From IMG/VR virus record IMGVR_UViG_3300031963_009887, positions 1-64,000 of that record: 64,000 nt of DNA, one strand, 5' to 3'. Shown here in pieces: positions 31,673 through 42,266 of this stretch. Position 1 is the stretch's first letter, and every line of letters starts with the position of its first letter. Position numbers and translations under genes: made by a program. A model generated the notes under the pieces. It was not told the origin of the DNA. It saw only the letters and a program-made list of their open reading frames with translations, and did not search any database. This DNA is from a virus (lineage: Duplodnaviria; Caudoviricetes).

Positions 31673-32410
31673 ATGAAATACTGTTTTACAACTTTAGCGG
31701 TAAATGAACCGTACGAATCAATTACACCATCTTTCTATAAAGAACTAAGGGATAATACAACCGAATGTGAATTTTTTATTACAACCACAAATCATGAACT
31801 TCAAAATCAGGGTAATAGAATACACACCAAAGTAATAAACCCACCATTATATGATTCTCGAGGTGGGTTCAATTTTAATTTAAATTTAAAAGTATTGTCT
31901 TTAAAACATATTTTGGAACACCAAAAAATAACAGGAGATAAACCTGAGTATATTATTTTTACTGATGGTGATTGGAGAATGCATAATGGATTTTCAGAAG
32001 AAAAAATATTGAACATGTTGTCTTACATGGAAAAAGATGGTTTAGATTTTTTATTCGAAAGACCCGCTCCAATCGGACCACATAAAAAAGAACCCGAACA
32101 AAGTTTTTTCAAAGATAAACTGTACGATTATGATGTTTTTGAACACAACAAATGGGATGAAGCACACGTTGTTAATGAACAATTCTTGGTATTCAAAAAT
32201 AATTGGAAGTTTAAATTTTTTGTTCAAAGATGGGAACAATTTTTATGGTATAGTATAGCTAATGATATCAGAAATTATCCAGATGGTTTTGAAATAGGAA
32301 TTTCAGCTTTAGAAGCTGAAATGAAATATGCATATCAAGGTTATTTTAATTTGATTCAAAATTGTTTTTCTTTTTATACTAAACTCGGCGATTTTCACAC
32401 AAGATTTTAA
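31673..32410 (+). CDS. Hypothetical GT-A-like protein
   Basis: YIIFTDGDW (DXD) and operon context. Confidence 0.5.
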   Translation: MKYCFTTLAVNEPYESITPSFYKELRDNTTECEFFITTTNHELQNQGNRIHTKVINPPLYDSRGGFNFNLNLKVLSLKHILEHQKITGDKPEYIIFTDGDWRMHNGFSEEKILNMLSYMEKDGLDFLFERPAPIGPHKKEPEQSFFKDKLYDYDVFEHNKWDEAHVVNEQFLVFKNNWKFKFFVQRWEQFLWYSIANDIRNYPDGFEIGISALEAEMKYAYQGYFNLIQNCFSFYTKLGDFHTRF

Positions 32411-33336
32411 TGAAGTCAAAAATAGTTACAGGGTATTGGATGGATGTTGAGGGGTATCCATTTCAAGGAACAAGAGCAAGTAGAAAACCAAGATATTGGG
32501 GTTCGTTAATTAGTCATTGTCGCGGTATAAATTTACCAATAATTTGCTATACCCAAAAAAAAAATCAAGAAGAATTATTAAGTTTAAAAAACACACATAA
32601 TTTAGACAATCTTGAAATTAAAATTCTTGAGCTTACTGATATGAAACTTCACAAAGAAATTAGCATTGTTAGAGATAAGAATTTTGAAAACAATGGTCTT
32701 GATGGTAGAGGTACTGAAATAATGTGGGGAAAGTTTCAAGTCTTGGAACAGGAACTTGATGGTTTTGACCGAGTATATTGGGTTGATATAGGCTTACAAC
32801 ATCCTGGTATCTTTCCTTGGCGTTATTGTGTTCCATTTGGTGATAAATCATACCACAGTGGTAATGGACCTTTAGCTTGGCAACACAATGAAATGTTACA
32901 ATACGATTTTACTAAATTATTTAACACGAAAATATTTGAAAAATTGAATGATATTTGTGATAATAAAATTGTTACACTTGTTGGTTCTAACGCACAAACT
33001 AGCTATGAATTCAAACAACATGGGATTATAGATTATGATATTGTAAGAGATTTTCCAATAGGTGGATTAATTGGTGGTGACACAATACAACTCAAAAAAT
33101 ATATTGAAGAATTTTGGAAATTATCTGTTGAAGTATTAAAACACAATTTTTTATGTACTGAAGAATCTATTATGAAAGTAGTTTATGATTTATTTGATAA
33201 AAATCACTTGTTAGATTTTTTATTTGACGTTCATCAAACAAATCAACACGACGAATTTCATTTTGAAATGTGGAATAAAAGTTGGAATAAACCCAAACCT
33301 TTATACATGGTTTGGCATGATATATTACAATATTAA
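32410..33336 (+). CDS. WlaTC/HtrL(YibB)-family glycosyltransferase
   Basis: IVTGYW, YWVDIG, GGLIGG and TEESI. Confidence 0.7.
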   Translation: MKSKIVTGYWMDVEGYPFQGTRASRKPRYWGSLISHCRGINLPIICYTQKKNQEELLSLKNTHNLDNLEIKILELTDMKLHKEISIVRDKNFENNGLDGRGTEIMWGKFQVLEQELDGFDRVYWVDIGLQHPGIFPWRYCVPFGDKSYHSGNGPLAWQHNEMLQYDFTKLFNTKIFEKLNDICDNKIVTLVGSNAQTSYEFKQHGIIDYDIVRDFPIGGLIGGDTIQLKKYIEEFWKLSVEVLKHNFLCTEESIMKVVYDLFDKNHLLDFLFDVHQTNQHDEFHFEMWNKSWNKPKPLYMVWHDILQY

Positions 33337-33337
33337 T

Positions 33338-35014
33338 ATGAGTAACGTAACAGTTGTAACAGGACTTTGGAATATTAAACGTGACGAACTTGGTGAAGGA
33401 TGGTCAAGGACATTTCAACATTATTTGGATAAATTTGACCAATTATTACAAATTGAAAACAATATGATTATTTTTGGTGAACCCGAATTAGAATCATTTG
33501 TTTTTGAAAGAAGAGATAGGTCAAATACACAATTCATTACAAGAGATAAGGAATGGTTCAAACAAACTGTTCCTTATGATAAAATACAAGAGATTAGAAA
33601 TAATCCTGATTGGTTTGGACAAGCTGGTTGGTTACAAGATTCAACACAAGCAAAACTTGAGTGGTATAATCCTTTGGTAATGTCCAAAATGTTCTTGATG
33701 AATGATGCAAGAATTATGGACCAATTTAACTCACAACATCTTTATTGGATTGATGCTGGTATTACAAACACAATTCATCCAGGATATTTTACGCACGATA
33801 AAATACAAAACAAATTACCTGAGGTTTTTGATAAGTTTGGTTTTGTTGCGTTTCCATATGATGCAAACAACGAAATTCATGGATTCTCATATCCTAAAAT
33901 AAATTCATATGCTGGTGATGAAGTTAAGTTAGTATGTAGAGGTGGATTATTTGGCGGACCAAAACACGTATTTTCAGATATTAACGGAATATATTACAAC
34001 ATATTATCCGAGACACTAAGAAGTGGATACATGGGTACCGAAGAATCAATCTTTAGTATTATGTTATATAAACATAGTGATATGATTGATTATGTTGAAA
34101 TTGAAGGTAACGGGTTAATTTCAAAGTTCTGTGAAGATTTAAAAAATGATACATACGAAGTTAAAAATATATCAGGTAAAAAATCATTAAACAAAGATTT
34201 AAACATTAATAATTCAGCTCTTTATGTTATAACATTTAATAGTCCAAAACAATTTGAGACATTGATTGAGTCTATGATTCAATACGACAGAAACTTTTTG
34301 GATAGACCAAAAAAATATCTATTGGATAATTCATCAGATTTAGAAACAACTGAAAGATATATTGAGTTATGTAATGAGTTTGGTTTTGAACACATTAAGA
34401 AAGATAATTTAGGTATCTGTGGTGGTAGACAATTTATTGCCGAACATGCCGATGAAAACAATTTTGATTTTTATTTCTTCTTTGAGGATGACATGTTCTT
34501 TTTTCCAAAGAAAGGTGAAGTTTGTAAAAACGGATTCAATAGAACTGTAAATAATTTGTATATTAATTCATTAGAGATTACTAAGAAAGAAGACCTTGAT
34601 TTCTTAAAAATGAATTACACCGAGTTTTATGGTGACAACGGAACTCAATGGTCATGGTATAATGTACCACAACATATTAGAGAAGAATTTTGGCCAAACA
34701 AACCAAATTTACCTGTGATGGGTTTAGACCCAAATGCACCAAAAACCAACTTTAATAAAATATTAACATATAAAGGTATTCCATACGCTTTGGGTGATGT
34801 TTATTATTGTAATTGGCCACAAGTGGTTACAAAATATGGTAATCAAAAAATGTTTTTAGAAACAAAATGGGCCAGACCTTTTGAACAAACTTGGATGAGT
34901 TTCATATATCAGGAAACAAAAAAAGGTAATATAAACCCTGGATTGTTATTGTTAACACCAACCGAACATGACCGATTTGATTTTTATGACGGTTCTTTAA
35001 GAAAAGAATCATAA
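33338..35014 (+). CDS. HtrL-family domain fused to a GT-A domain
   Basis: Start moved to ATG 33338 (MSNVTVVTGLWNI). YWIDAG, GGLFGG, GTEESI, then GICGGRQ and FFEDDM. Confidence 0.75.
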   Translation: MSNVTVVTGLWNIKRDELGEGWSRTFQHYLDKFDQLLQIENNMIIFGEPELESFVFERRDRSNTQFITRDKEWFKQTVPYDKIQEIRNNPDWFGQAGWLQDSTQAKLEWYNPLVMSKMFLMNDARIMDQFNSQHLYWIDAGITNTIHPGYFTHDKIQNKLPEVFDKFGFVAFPYDANNEIHGFSYPKINSYAGDEVKLVCRGGLFGGPKHVFSDINGIYYNILSETLRSGYMGTEESIFSIMLYKHSDMIDYVEIEGNGLISKFCEDLKNDTYEVKNISGKKSLNKDLNINNSALYVITFNSPKQFETLIESMIQYDRNFLDRPKKYLLDNSSDLETTERYIELCNEFGFEHIKKDNLGICGGRQFIAEHADENNFDFYFFFEDDMFFFPKKGEVCKNGFNRTVNNLYINSLEITKKEDLDFLKMNYTEFYGDNGTQWSWYNVPQHIREEFWPNKPNLPVMGLDPNAPKTNFNKILTYKGIPYALGDVYYCNWPQVVTKYGNQKMFLETKWARPFEQTWMSFIYQETKKGNINPGLLLLTPTEHDRFDFYDGSLRKES

Positions 35015-35045
35015 AAAACAAACATTTGATTATTTATAATATAAT

Positions 35046-37811
35046 ATGGCACTAGTTAATAGGTATTTTTATCAATGTTGTAACCCTTTAGGGTCTGGTG
35101 CTCCAATTTATAGAACATTTGAAATTGACACTGCTGGTACGTGGACCGCAAATGTAAGCACCGTTATTTATACCGGTGACGGTAGTTGTTATTACTACAC
35201 AATTACTAATTCTTTAGACCCACCAGAACAATCATTTGCAACTGAACAATATAGTACTTGTCCGGCATGTGACGCTGCAAATCCAAATGGATGTTATTAT
35301 ACTTTTTCAGCTTGTTGTGATGGTAGTACCTTTAGTATTAGAAGGGGTGATTTCGCTTTTGAAAATACATATGGACCATTAACCGTTGGTGAAATATGGA
35401 GATTTTCTATAACCACTGCCACAACGAGCCCTACAACATTTGCTTTTGTTGGGTGTGCATCTTATATTACAGGAGTCACAGGTTCAACAATTTATGTTCA
35501 GACAGGTGAAACAACAATAAATGTTACAACACCTGGTACTTGGTCTGATTGTAATGATTGTTTAACAACATACCCTTGTTGTGTTTCAGGTACCGTTGAT
35601 AATATACTTTGTTCGTATACTGATTGTTGTGGAACATTTGTGAGCGGTGGTAGTATTAATGATGTTGTATGTTTTAACCCTAATTTACCACACAGAGGTT
35701 TAGTAAGTTCGTATACCGATGCTTGTTCACAAGTTTGCCCAACACCTACACCTACGCCTACAAATACCGTAACACCAACTAATACGGTTACACCAACGGT
35801 AACTCCTACAAAAACAGTCACACCAACAGTAACACCAACAGTAACACCAACCAATACGGTTACACCAACTAAAACCGTTACACCAACCAATACGGTTACA
35901 CCAACCAATACGGTTACACCAACTTTAACACCTTCTAATACTCCCACTCCTTCAGTAACAGCTGGTCCTACGGATTATCAATTTAGGGCATGTTGTTCAC
36001 CAAACGAAATTTTTGTTGTCGATGATTATGTTGGAACCATAAATGTTGGTCAGGTGTATTATATAACAGGAACTGGTTTTACAGGCTGTGCTGAAGTAAT
36101 ACCAATGACTGGTTTTGGTGAAAGATATGTTATTAGTGGTCTGACAGGACCATACGATAATTGTTCGGTTTGTACTGACGATTATAGTTGTTGTGGACCG
36201 GGAAGTAACTGTATTGAATATCAAATTAATAATACTCAGGAGTTCCCATCAACAGTAACATATGTAGATTGTAATGGTGATAATCAAAATTTGATTGTAC
36301 CTGAACTATCTGAATTAAATATTTGTGCATGTGAATATAGTGTGATTGTACCTGAGGGTGTATTTGTTACAGTAATTGGGGACTGTAATCAAACAACACC
36401 AACACCAACTGTTACACCAACCCAAACGCCGACACCATCTGTTACACCTGTTTACAGTCCTTGTAATACTGAATTTTGTTTATATACAAACTTTTCAGGT
36501 ACATCAATGTATGATGGAAATTATACATCGGGTGGAACTTATAATGGAAGACCATATTGGACAGGTTCCACATCAGGTACTGTTTTTTATGATGGAACAA
36601 AATGGTGTTTATCCGATACTTTAGGTGGTGATTGTATATTGGCGGGTAAAACCCCATGTTTTTCAAATTGTCCTGATTTGGATGAATTGATATGGTCAGA
36701 AGGACCGTGTCCAACACCAACCCCCACACCAACACCAAACGTCTGTATTACGGTTGATTTTCAAGCGTTGTTTGATTGTGACTATGTGCCCGAACCAACT
36801 GAGACTTGTCCGACACCAACACCGACAATTAGTTTAACACCGAGTCCAAATCCTTGTCTTTTGGTAGATGCCGATGTTACAGTTGAAGATATAACTCCAA
36901 CCCCCACACCAACTCCAACAGTCACTCCGACACCAAGTTTACAAAGAAATGTACCAGTATCAGGTTCAACAACTTATATCATAAATGATACTGAATTCGA
37001 GTGTGTGTTTGTACGTAGAATTCAAGATTGTTCTGATGATGAAATTTATTATATCAATGAGTCTATGAGAACATCAGGTGGTACTATTGTAACAACAGGT
37101 CAAACCTTCAGTGCTGATGTATCAGGAACAACTAAGTGTTATACTTATTTGGATATTGTTTATGACCAAAGTCCAACTTTAACTATCAATACTATTATTG
37201 CATCATTCAGTGGATGTTCAAGTTGTGAGAACTCTTTAATACCAACACCTACTCCAACTAGTACTGTAACACCAACGGTAACTCCAACAACAACAGTAAC
37301 ACCAACTAATACAATTACACCAACATCAACACCAACTAGTTCTGTTACTCCGACAATAACACCAACTGTAACTAAGACTTCAACACCAACATATACACCT
37401 AATGCGTCACCGTCAAAGACACCTACACAAACTAAGACACCTACATTAACTCCTACGCCAACTGTTACAGTAACTCCATCGGTTACTATGACTAAGACAC
37501 CAACTAACACACCTACTAAGACACCAACTAACACACCTACCTTAACTAAAACTCCAACTCCTACACCAACTAAGACACCTACTCAAACTCCTACAAAAAC
37601 AACTTTACCTGATAAATTTATCGTAGAAAGTTGTTCTGAACCAGTTAGAAGTATTGCGGTTAACAACTTTGGTTTATTGAATGTAAGTGTCGGCGATTTT
37701 GTGAGATTGAATGGAACTGGATACTCAGGATGTTGGGAAGTTGTCGGAACTACACTGGGTGGAACTGCGACATCAATAGTTTCGGTACATAATGATTGTA
37801 CATGTTCATAA
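35046..37811 (+). CDS. Cys-rich virion protein with mucin-like Pro-Thr stalks
   Basis: 921 aa; repeated Cys modules separated by [13 protein letters not shown] blocks; TATTTATA upstream. Confidence 0.75.
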   Translation: MALVNRYFYQCCNPLGSGAPIYRTFEIDTAGTWTANVSTVIYTGDGSCYYYTITNSLDPPEQSFATEQYSTCPACDAANPNGCYYTFSACCDGSTFSIRRGDFAFENTYGPLTVGEIWRFSITTATTSPTTFAFVGCASYITGVTGSTIYVQTGETTINVTTPGTWSDCNDCLTTYPCCVSGTVDNILCSYTDCCGTFVSGGSINDVVCFNPNLPHRGLVSSYTDACSQVCPTPTPTPTNTVTPTNTVTPTVTPTKTVTPTVTPTVTPTNTVTPTKTVTPTNTVTPTNTVTPTLTPSNTPTPSVTAGPTDYQFRACCSPNEIFVVDDYVGTINVGQVYYITGTGFTGCAEVIPMTGFGERYVISGLTGPYDNCSVCTDDYSCCGPGSNCIEYQINNTQEFPSTVTYVDCNGDNQNLIVPELSELNICACEYSVIVPEGVFVTVIGDCNQTTPTPTVTPTQTPTPSVTPVYSPCNTEFCLYTNFSGTSMYDGNYTSGGTYNGRPYWTGSTSGTVFYDGTKWCLSDTLGGDCILAGKTPCFSNCPDLDELIWSEGPCPTPTPTPTPNVCITVDFQALFDCDYVPEPTETCPTPTPTISLTPSPNPCLLVDADVTVEDITPTPTPTPTVTPTPSLQRNVPVSGSTTYIINDTEFECVFVRRIQDCSDDEIYYINESMRTSGGTIVTTGQTFSADVSGTTKCYTYLDIVYDQSPTLTINTIIASFSGCSSCENSLIPTPTPTSTVTPTVTPTTTVTPTNTITPTSTPTSSVTPTITPTVTKTSTPTYTPNASPSKTPTQTKTPTLTPTPTVTVTPSVTMTKTPTNTPTKTPTNTPTLTKTPTPTPTKTPTQTPTKTTLPDKFIVESCSEPVRSIAVNNFGLLNVSVGDFVRLNGTGYSGCWEVVGTTLGGTATSIVSVHNDCTCS
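35739..35960 (+). repeat. Coding [10 protein letters not shown] repeat block 1
   Basis: [36 protein letters not shown]..., read directly. Confidence 0.9.
37242..37604 (+). repeat. Coding PT repeat block 2 (~120 aa)
   Basis: [22 protein letters not shown]...[12 protein letters not shown], read directly. Confidence 0.9.
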
Positions 37812-37823
37812 TACTTAATTAAA

Positions 37824-38039
37824 ATGGGAAGACAGATTACAATAAACTCAATTACAGCAACACAAGGATATAATGTTTATATCTGTGATACATCACTAAT
37901 AACCTGTGTGTATTTGGCAACGATTAATGATGCTGATTTACCATTTAGTGTCAGTATACCAGCACCTTATGATACAATGGTTGATTTTAGTGTTAAAATT
38001 GTCGATGCCAATAATTGTGAAATAATTAAAAACTTCTGA
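37824..38039 (+). CDS. Small beta-rich virion-associated protein
   Basis: 71-aa ORF whose stop overlaps the next start (TGATG). Confidence 0.6.
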   Translation: MGRQITINSITATQGYNVYICDTSLITCVYLATINDADLPFSVSIPAPYDTMVDFSVKIVDANNCEIIKNF

Positions 38040-39838
38040 TGTCAACTATACTATATAATGATTGCGGTGTTATAACAATTCTACCTATGGGTGTAGAATG
38101 TTACTCAATTAATTCTTCAACACCTGACAGTAATGACGGTAGGATATATTTGACAATTACGGGAGGTTCAACACCATATTCAATTACATGGAGTAATGGG
38201 TTAAAAGACCAAAACATCAAAAATTTAATACCTGGTGAATACGTTGCAACTGTGGTAGATTTCTATGGTGATTATAGTGCAACCACAACATGTTTAGTTG
38301 AATCGGATACTTTCTACATGGATTATTTTCAAAGTTGTAATAATTCTGATTATTTGTATTTAACAGGTTTAACATCATCAAACTTTGTTGAAGGTTTAAT
38401 ATATAAATTCACAACAGCTCAGGGATGTTGGACATACTCAGGACAAACTTTATCTAGTGGTCAAACAATTACAGGTGACACTTTAAGTTCAGGTCCATTT
38501 GACACTTGTGAAGAATGTGACCCACCGCCACCACCACTACCATTTTATCCAACTGACCTTTGTTTATATACGGATAGCACACCATTCACAGCTTATCCAT
38601 TTACATTCTATGATTTTGTGAATGAAAGACCGGCCTATACTGGCACATCGTCAGCAAGTTCTGCTTTTACTATATCATATGTTTCTGCAACAACATTTAG
38701 TTATTGGACCGTATTAGGAAAAACAGGAAGTGTTTTGAAAAATTCATCGAACACCTTTAATCCTTTGGGCGGATGGGTTGAAGAAGGAACATTGAATACA
38801 TGGACTGCGGTATCAGGTTCTTGTCCATCATCACCAGTTTTATCTTTTAACTTAACAACGACTAATGAATCTTGTGAAGGTTCTTGTAATGGTAGTGTAA
38901 TAATAAAGGCTAAAGGAGGTACAGGTGGATATCAATATAAATTATTCAACGGTACCTACCAATCTTCACCACTTTTTAATAATCTGTGTCCACAAAGTGA
39001 TACTCAATTTTTTGTAAAGGACAGTTCAAATACAGAAGTTCAAGGTTCATTTACTATACTACCGGGAACTAAGAAAGTTACATATACTTTGTCATTACAA
39101 ACAAAGTCATCTACATCGAAAGAAGATTACGGAAACCAAGTAATTAAAAATTTGGATTACGAATTAAAAGTAAGTCCTCCGTTACCTGATGGTATTACAA
39201 TTGATGTTCCATTATTTATATCTGTTAATAATACCACGGCTGAACCAGGTAGTGCCACTACGGCATATACACCTGTATTATATTCAGGAACATCAACGGT
39301 ATCACCAACATCAAACTCTTTGACTTCAACAAATATTATCGTTCCAAGTCCATACAGTTTTAGATATCCATATACAACAACACAAAAAACTTTTAGTGTT
39401 TTATACCCAACAGTTACACTGAAAAAAGGGTTAACGGTATCAGGTACTGTTATTTCTACTGTTACAAAAATTAGCAGTGGAAGCTCAACACCTTGTTCAC
39501 CATTTGAAATTGAAAATATTGGAAACACTGTTCAGTTTTACACATGGGTCAATTGTACAGGAGGAACGGAAAATGGATATAACGTACAACCAGGTCAAAA
39601 AGTTAATATATGTGCTCGCGGAGTATCAACTCTTCCGCCAGGTGGTTTGAGTACTTTAGTAATAACCACAGGAACATTACCTTGTTCATCAGCAATAGTC
39701 GATGCAAATCAAAATGTTACTGTTGGATTCAATGGTCCGTCAATCACTAATAATTGTACATTATTAAAAGTTTTAACACCACAAACAAACCAATTAATAA
39801 ACACATTGTATGAACAATACTACGGTCCAAGTCAATAA
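38039..39838 (+). CDS. Virion protein with SprB-like repeats and Cys modules
   Basis: ITGGSTPYSITWSNG...NLIPGEYVATVVD and GGTGGYQY are SprB-repeat-like; shares modules with 35046..37811. Confidence 0.65.
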   Translation: MSTILYNDCGVITILPMGVECYSINSSTPDSNDGRIYLTITGGSTPYSITWSNGLKDQNIKNLIPGEYVATVVDFYGDYSATTTCLVESDTFYMDYFQSCNNSDYLYLTGLTSSNFVEGLIYKFTTAQGCWTYSGQTLSSGQTITGDTLSSGPFDTCEECDPPPPPLPFYPTDLCLYTDSTPFTAYPFTFYDFVNERPAYTGTSSASSAFTISYVSATTFSYWTVLGKTGSVLKNSSNTFNPLGGWVEEGTLNTWTAVSGSCPSSPVLSFNLTTTNESCEGSCNGSVIIKAKGGTGGYQYKLFNGTYQSSPLFNNLCPQSDTQFFVKDSSNTEVQGSFTILPGTKKVTYTLSLQTKSSTSKEDYGNQVIKNLDYELKVSPPLPDGITIDVPLFISVNNTTAEPGSATTAYTPVLYSGTSTVSPTSNSLTSTNIIVPSPYSFRYPYTTTQKTFSVLYPTVTLKKGLTVSGTVISTVTKISSGSSTPCSPFEIENIGNTVQFYTWVNCTGGTENGYNVQPGQKVNICARGVSTLPPGGLSTLVITTGTLPCSSAIVDANQNVTVGFNGPSITNNCTLLKVLTPQTNQLINTLYEQYYGPSQ

Positions 39839-39862
39839 ATCAACTAACTATATTTATATAAG

Positions 39863-42067
39863 ATGGCATTCATAATAAAAGATACAACAGCTCTAATAAA
39901 CACCCAACTAACTGATGTTGGAAGAAGAAAAATTTCTCAAGGTAACTTTAATGTTGCTTATTTTCAGTTAGGAGATAGTGAGGTTTGTTATGATTGTATC
40001 AGCGGTGGTAATTTAACAACTTTACAAGTTTTAGTTCCTGAATTTAATTATCAGAATAACACAGGTGTACCACAAAGTAATAAAATGGGTATTAAATATC
40101 CAATTTATTTGTCTAGTTCAACCGGTGAAACTAATACATTTGGTATACCTTTTCAAGATTCACAAGTAGTTCCAATTTTTAACACAGCTCAGCCAAGAGG
40201 ATTTTTTACAGGTTCAACAGGAGCGTTTAGTGCTTTTACAAGTTCAGCACTTACCGTGACTGCAAATTATAAATTTAATTTATCGGCATTAACAAGTGGG
40301 AATACATTTGATGTCACTGTCAACAACTGTGATGCTACTGTGACAGGAACACCTGAAGTTGGTCAGTTTGTTGTTTTATATTTAAATAATGATAATAACT
40401 GCGGTAATGATTTAACTTATCCATATCCTATTTTAACTTACAGAGTTGAAGATGTCGTTGGAAGTACAATAACTGTTGATAGAATATTACCTGACTTTAG
40501 TTCATTTACAGGAACAGGAAGAGCGTTTTTCTACCCATCAGGTATGACACCATATTATGATAGTTATACACCAACACCATACTATGATGGTGGTGTGTTT
40601 TCGTTTGAGTTGAATTGTGAAATTCAACAACAAGATGTCTTAGTTTGGAATATGAATCAGCCATGGACCGAATCACCAGCAGGTTTATCATATACTTTTT
40701 ACAAAGATTTCAGTGAATTTGGTTCAACGGGTTATTCGTCGACAAAAGAATTCTTGGGATATCAAACCAAAGGTGGTCAAATTTTCGAAGACATAAATTA
40801 TGTTTCAGGAACAACTGACACATTTTATTACAATTCATTTGATGAAAAAATATATGTTGAACCAGAGGAACAAAAAGTTATTGGTTTGATACATTATACC
40901 AATCAGGGTATTGATAATTTTTATGGTGAGAAATTTGCAACAGAAGCATTTGACTTGGCAAATTCAGGTGCCACAGGACAAGGAAGAAACTTTAAACTTG
41001 ACTTACCAACTTTGATGTGGCATAAATCAAATACAGGTGTTATGGGTGAATCATTCTACGTTGACCCTGATGGTTTTGATGGTTTAAATTTATTTCAACC
41101 ACATTATATGTTATCAGAAGAAAATGATAATATGAATTATCCGGGTTTACGTTATTATCACTTATGGGATACTCACGCAAATGCTGATGGATATCCAAAC
41201 AGAGTTGGTAAAGTATTTCCTGATTTGAAAATGATAGCAATTGATGATGAAGAATTATCAGCCGCCATGTCGTATAAATCAAATAGAAACTATACATTAC
41301 CCGCACCAAGATTAGGATTGGTGGTTCCAAACACGTTTAACCAAAACATCGCGGCAACAAGTGGTATATTAACAGGTGATACTGAAACAATGTTTGTAAC
41401 ATACCGATTTGAAAACACTGGTTCTACAAATGGTTTACATTGTAACTATTACTCAAAAATTGCAGGTTCAACCGTAAGTGGTCAAACAGATGATGTAATT
41501 GTGAGATTTGGTAATGAATTCCCATTCTTAATTGAGGACATGGGTTTACAACCTTCAGGATTTACATGTACTAATGTTAAGTTAATTTGTCAAATTGTAC
41601 CAACGGGTGAAAGACCTGATTCGATGCAGTGGAGAGAAATTGATGTTACATCTGCAATTACAGCAAACACTGGCTCTATCAATATTGGACCACTCGAAAT
41701 AAGCGGAACAACATTTCAAATAACAAAAGACGAATACGATAACGCGAGTTTTTATAGATTAGAAAATTACATTGAATTACCATTGATTAACTATAATACT
41801 GGTATGACGTTTGGTGATGAATATTTCTTTTATGGAACAGTTCATTCTGATGTACAAGCAACAATATATGAAATGAGATATTTGGTTAACCTTGCTGATT
41901 CACAATATATTCGTTCATCAAATCCAAAATGGTCGTTAGGTAAAGATGTGTATTTCACTGAAGTAGGATTATATAACTCTGACCAAGATTTATTAATGAT
42001 GTCAAAATTACAGAATCCCGAAAAAAGACAAGGGGTACAACAGATTACCGTAAAATACGATTTTTAA
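39863..42067 (+). CDS. Large structural protein, probable baseplate/tail-collar component
   Basis: The C-terminus VYFTEVGLY...LMMSKLQNP resembles tail-collar/baseplate ends; TATTTATA upstream. Confidence 0.55.
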   Translation: MAFIIKDTTALINTQLTDVGRRKISQGNFNVAYFQLGDSEVCYDCISGGNLTTLQVLVPEFNYQNNTGVPQSNKMGIKYPIYLSSSTGETNTFGIPFQDSQVVPIFNTAQPRGFFTGSTGAFSAFTSSALTVTANYKFNLSALTSGNTFDVTVNNCDATVTGTPEVGQFVVLYLNNDNNCGNDLTYPYPILTYRVEDVVGSTITVDRILPDFSSFTGTGRAFFYPSGMTPYYDSYTPTPYYDGGVFSFELNCEIQQQDVLVWNMNQPWTESPAGLSYTFYKDFSEFGSTGYSSTKEFLGYQTKGGQIFEDINYVSGTTDTFYYNSFDEKIYVEPEEQKVIGLIHYTNQGIDNFYGEKFATEAFDLANSGATGQGRNFKLDLPTLMWHKSNTGVMGESFYVDPDGFDGLNLFQPHYMLSEENDNMNYPGLRYYHLWDTHANADGYPNRVGKVFPDLKMIAIDDEELSAAMSYKSNRNYTLPAPRLGLVVPNTFNQNIAATSGILTGDTETMFVTYRFENTGSTNGLHCNYYSKIAGSTVSGQTDDVIVRFGNEFPFLIEDMGLQPSGFTCTNVKLICQIVPTGERPDSMQWREIDVTSAITANTGSINIGPLEISGTTFQITKDEYDNASFYRLENYIELPLINYNTGMTFGDEYFFYGTVHSDVQATIYEMRYLVNLADSQYIRSSNPKWSLGKDVYFTEVGLYNSDQDLLMMSKLQNPEKRQGVQQITVKYDF

Positions 42068-42075
42068 AAAAAAAG

Positions 42076-42106
42076 TTTGTATTTATCAAAATATTCACTA
42101 TCTTTG
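42076..42106 (+). promoter_or_regulatory. Bacteroidota primary-sigma promoter (TTTG-N19-TATCTTTG)
   Basis: Exact match to the -33/-7 consensus TTTG...TAnnTTTG. Confidence 0.8.
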
Positions 42107-42110
42107 TATA

Positions 42111-42266
42111 GTGAAGTCTGAAGGTTCTGAAGACTTAAATCAAAAGAACCTGATTGGAAAGGTTGAAGGTAACCCTCCCAATGAACCCGAAACAAAACCT
42201 TCTGAGCAAGTCCACCGCTAACTAGAACATTGTGGACAAGAGGTGGAGCCAAGTCTCACGACTTCT
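42111..42266 (+). ncRNA. Candidate structured small RNA (alternative: leaderless 36-aa GTG ORF 42111..42221)
   Basis: Own promoter and terminator; ~44% GC by hand count versus AT-rich flanks; several complementary segments (gaagtc/gacttc, aggttct/agaacct, gtccac/gtggac). Confidence 0.45.

Noticed and set aside
4273-35014. Cellular O-antigen/capsule locus or prophage-flanking host DNA
   Set aside because: No Wzx/Wzy/Wzz or ABC exporter recognised; compact phage-like gene packing, embedded among virion genes with no clear compositional break.
35498-37534. Antisense V/G-rich ORFs (35498..35947, 37160..37534)
   Set aside because: Mirror images of the Pro-Thr codon repeats on the plus strand.
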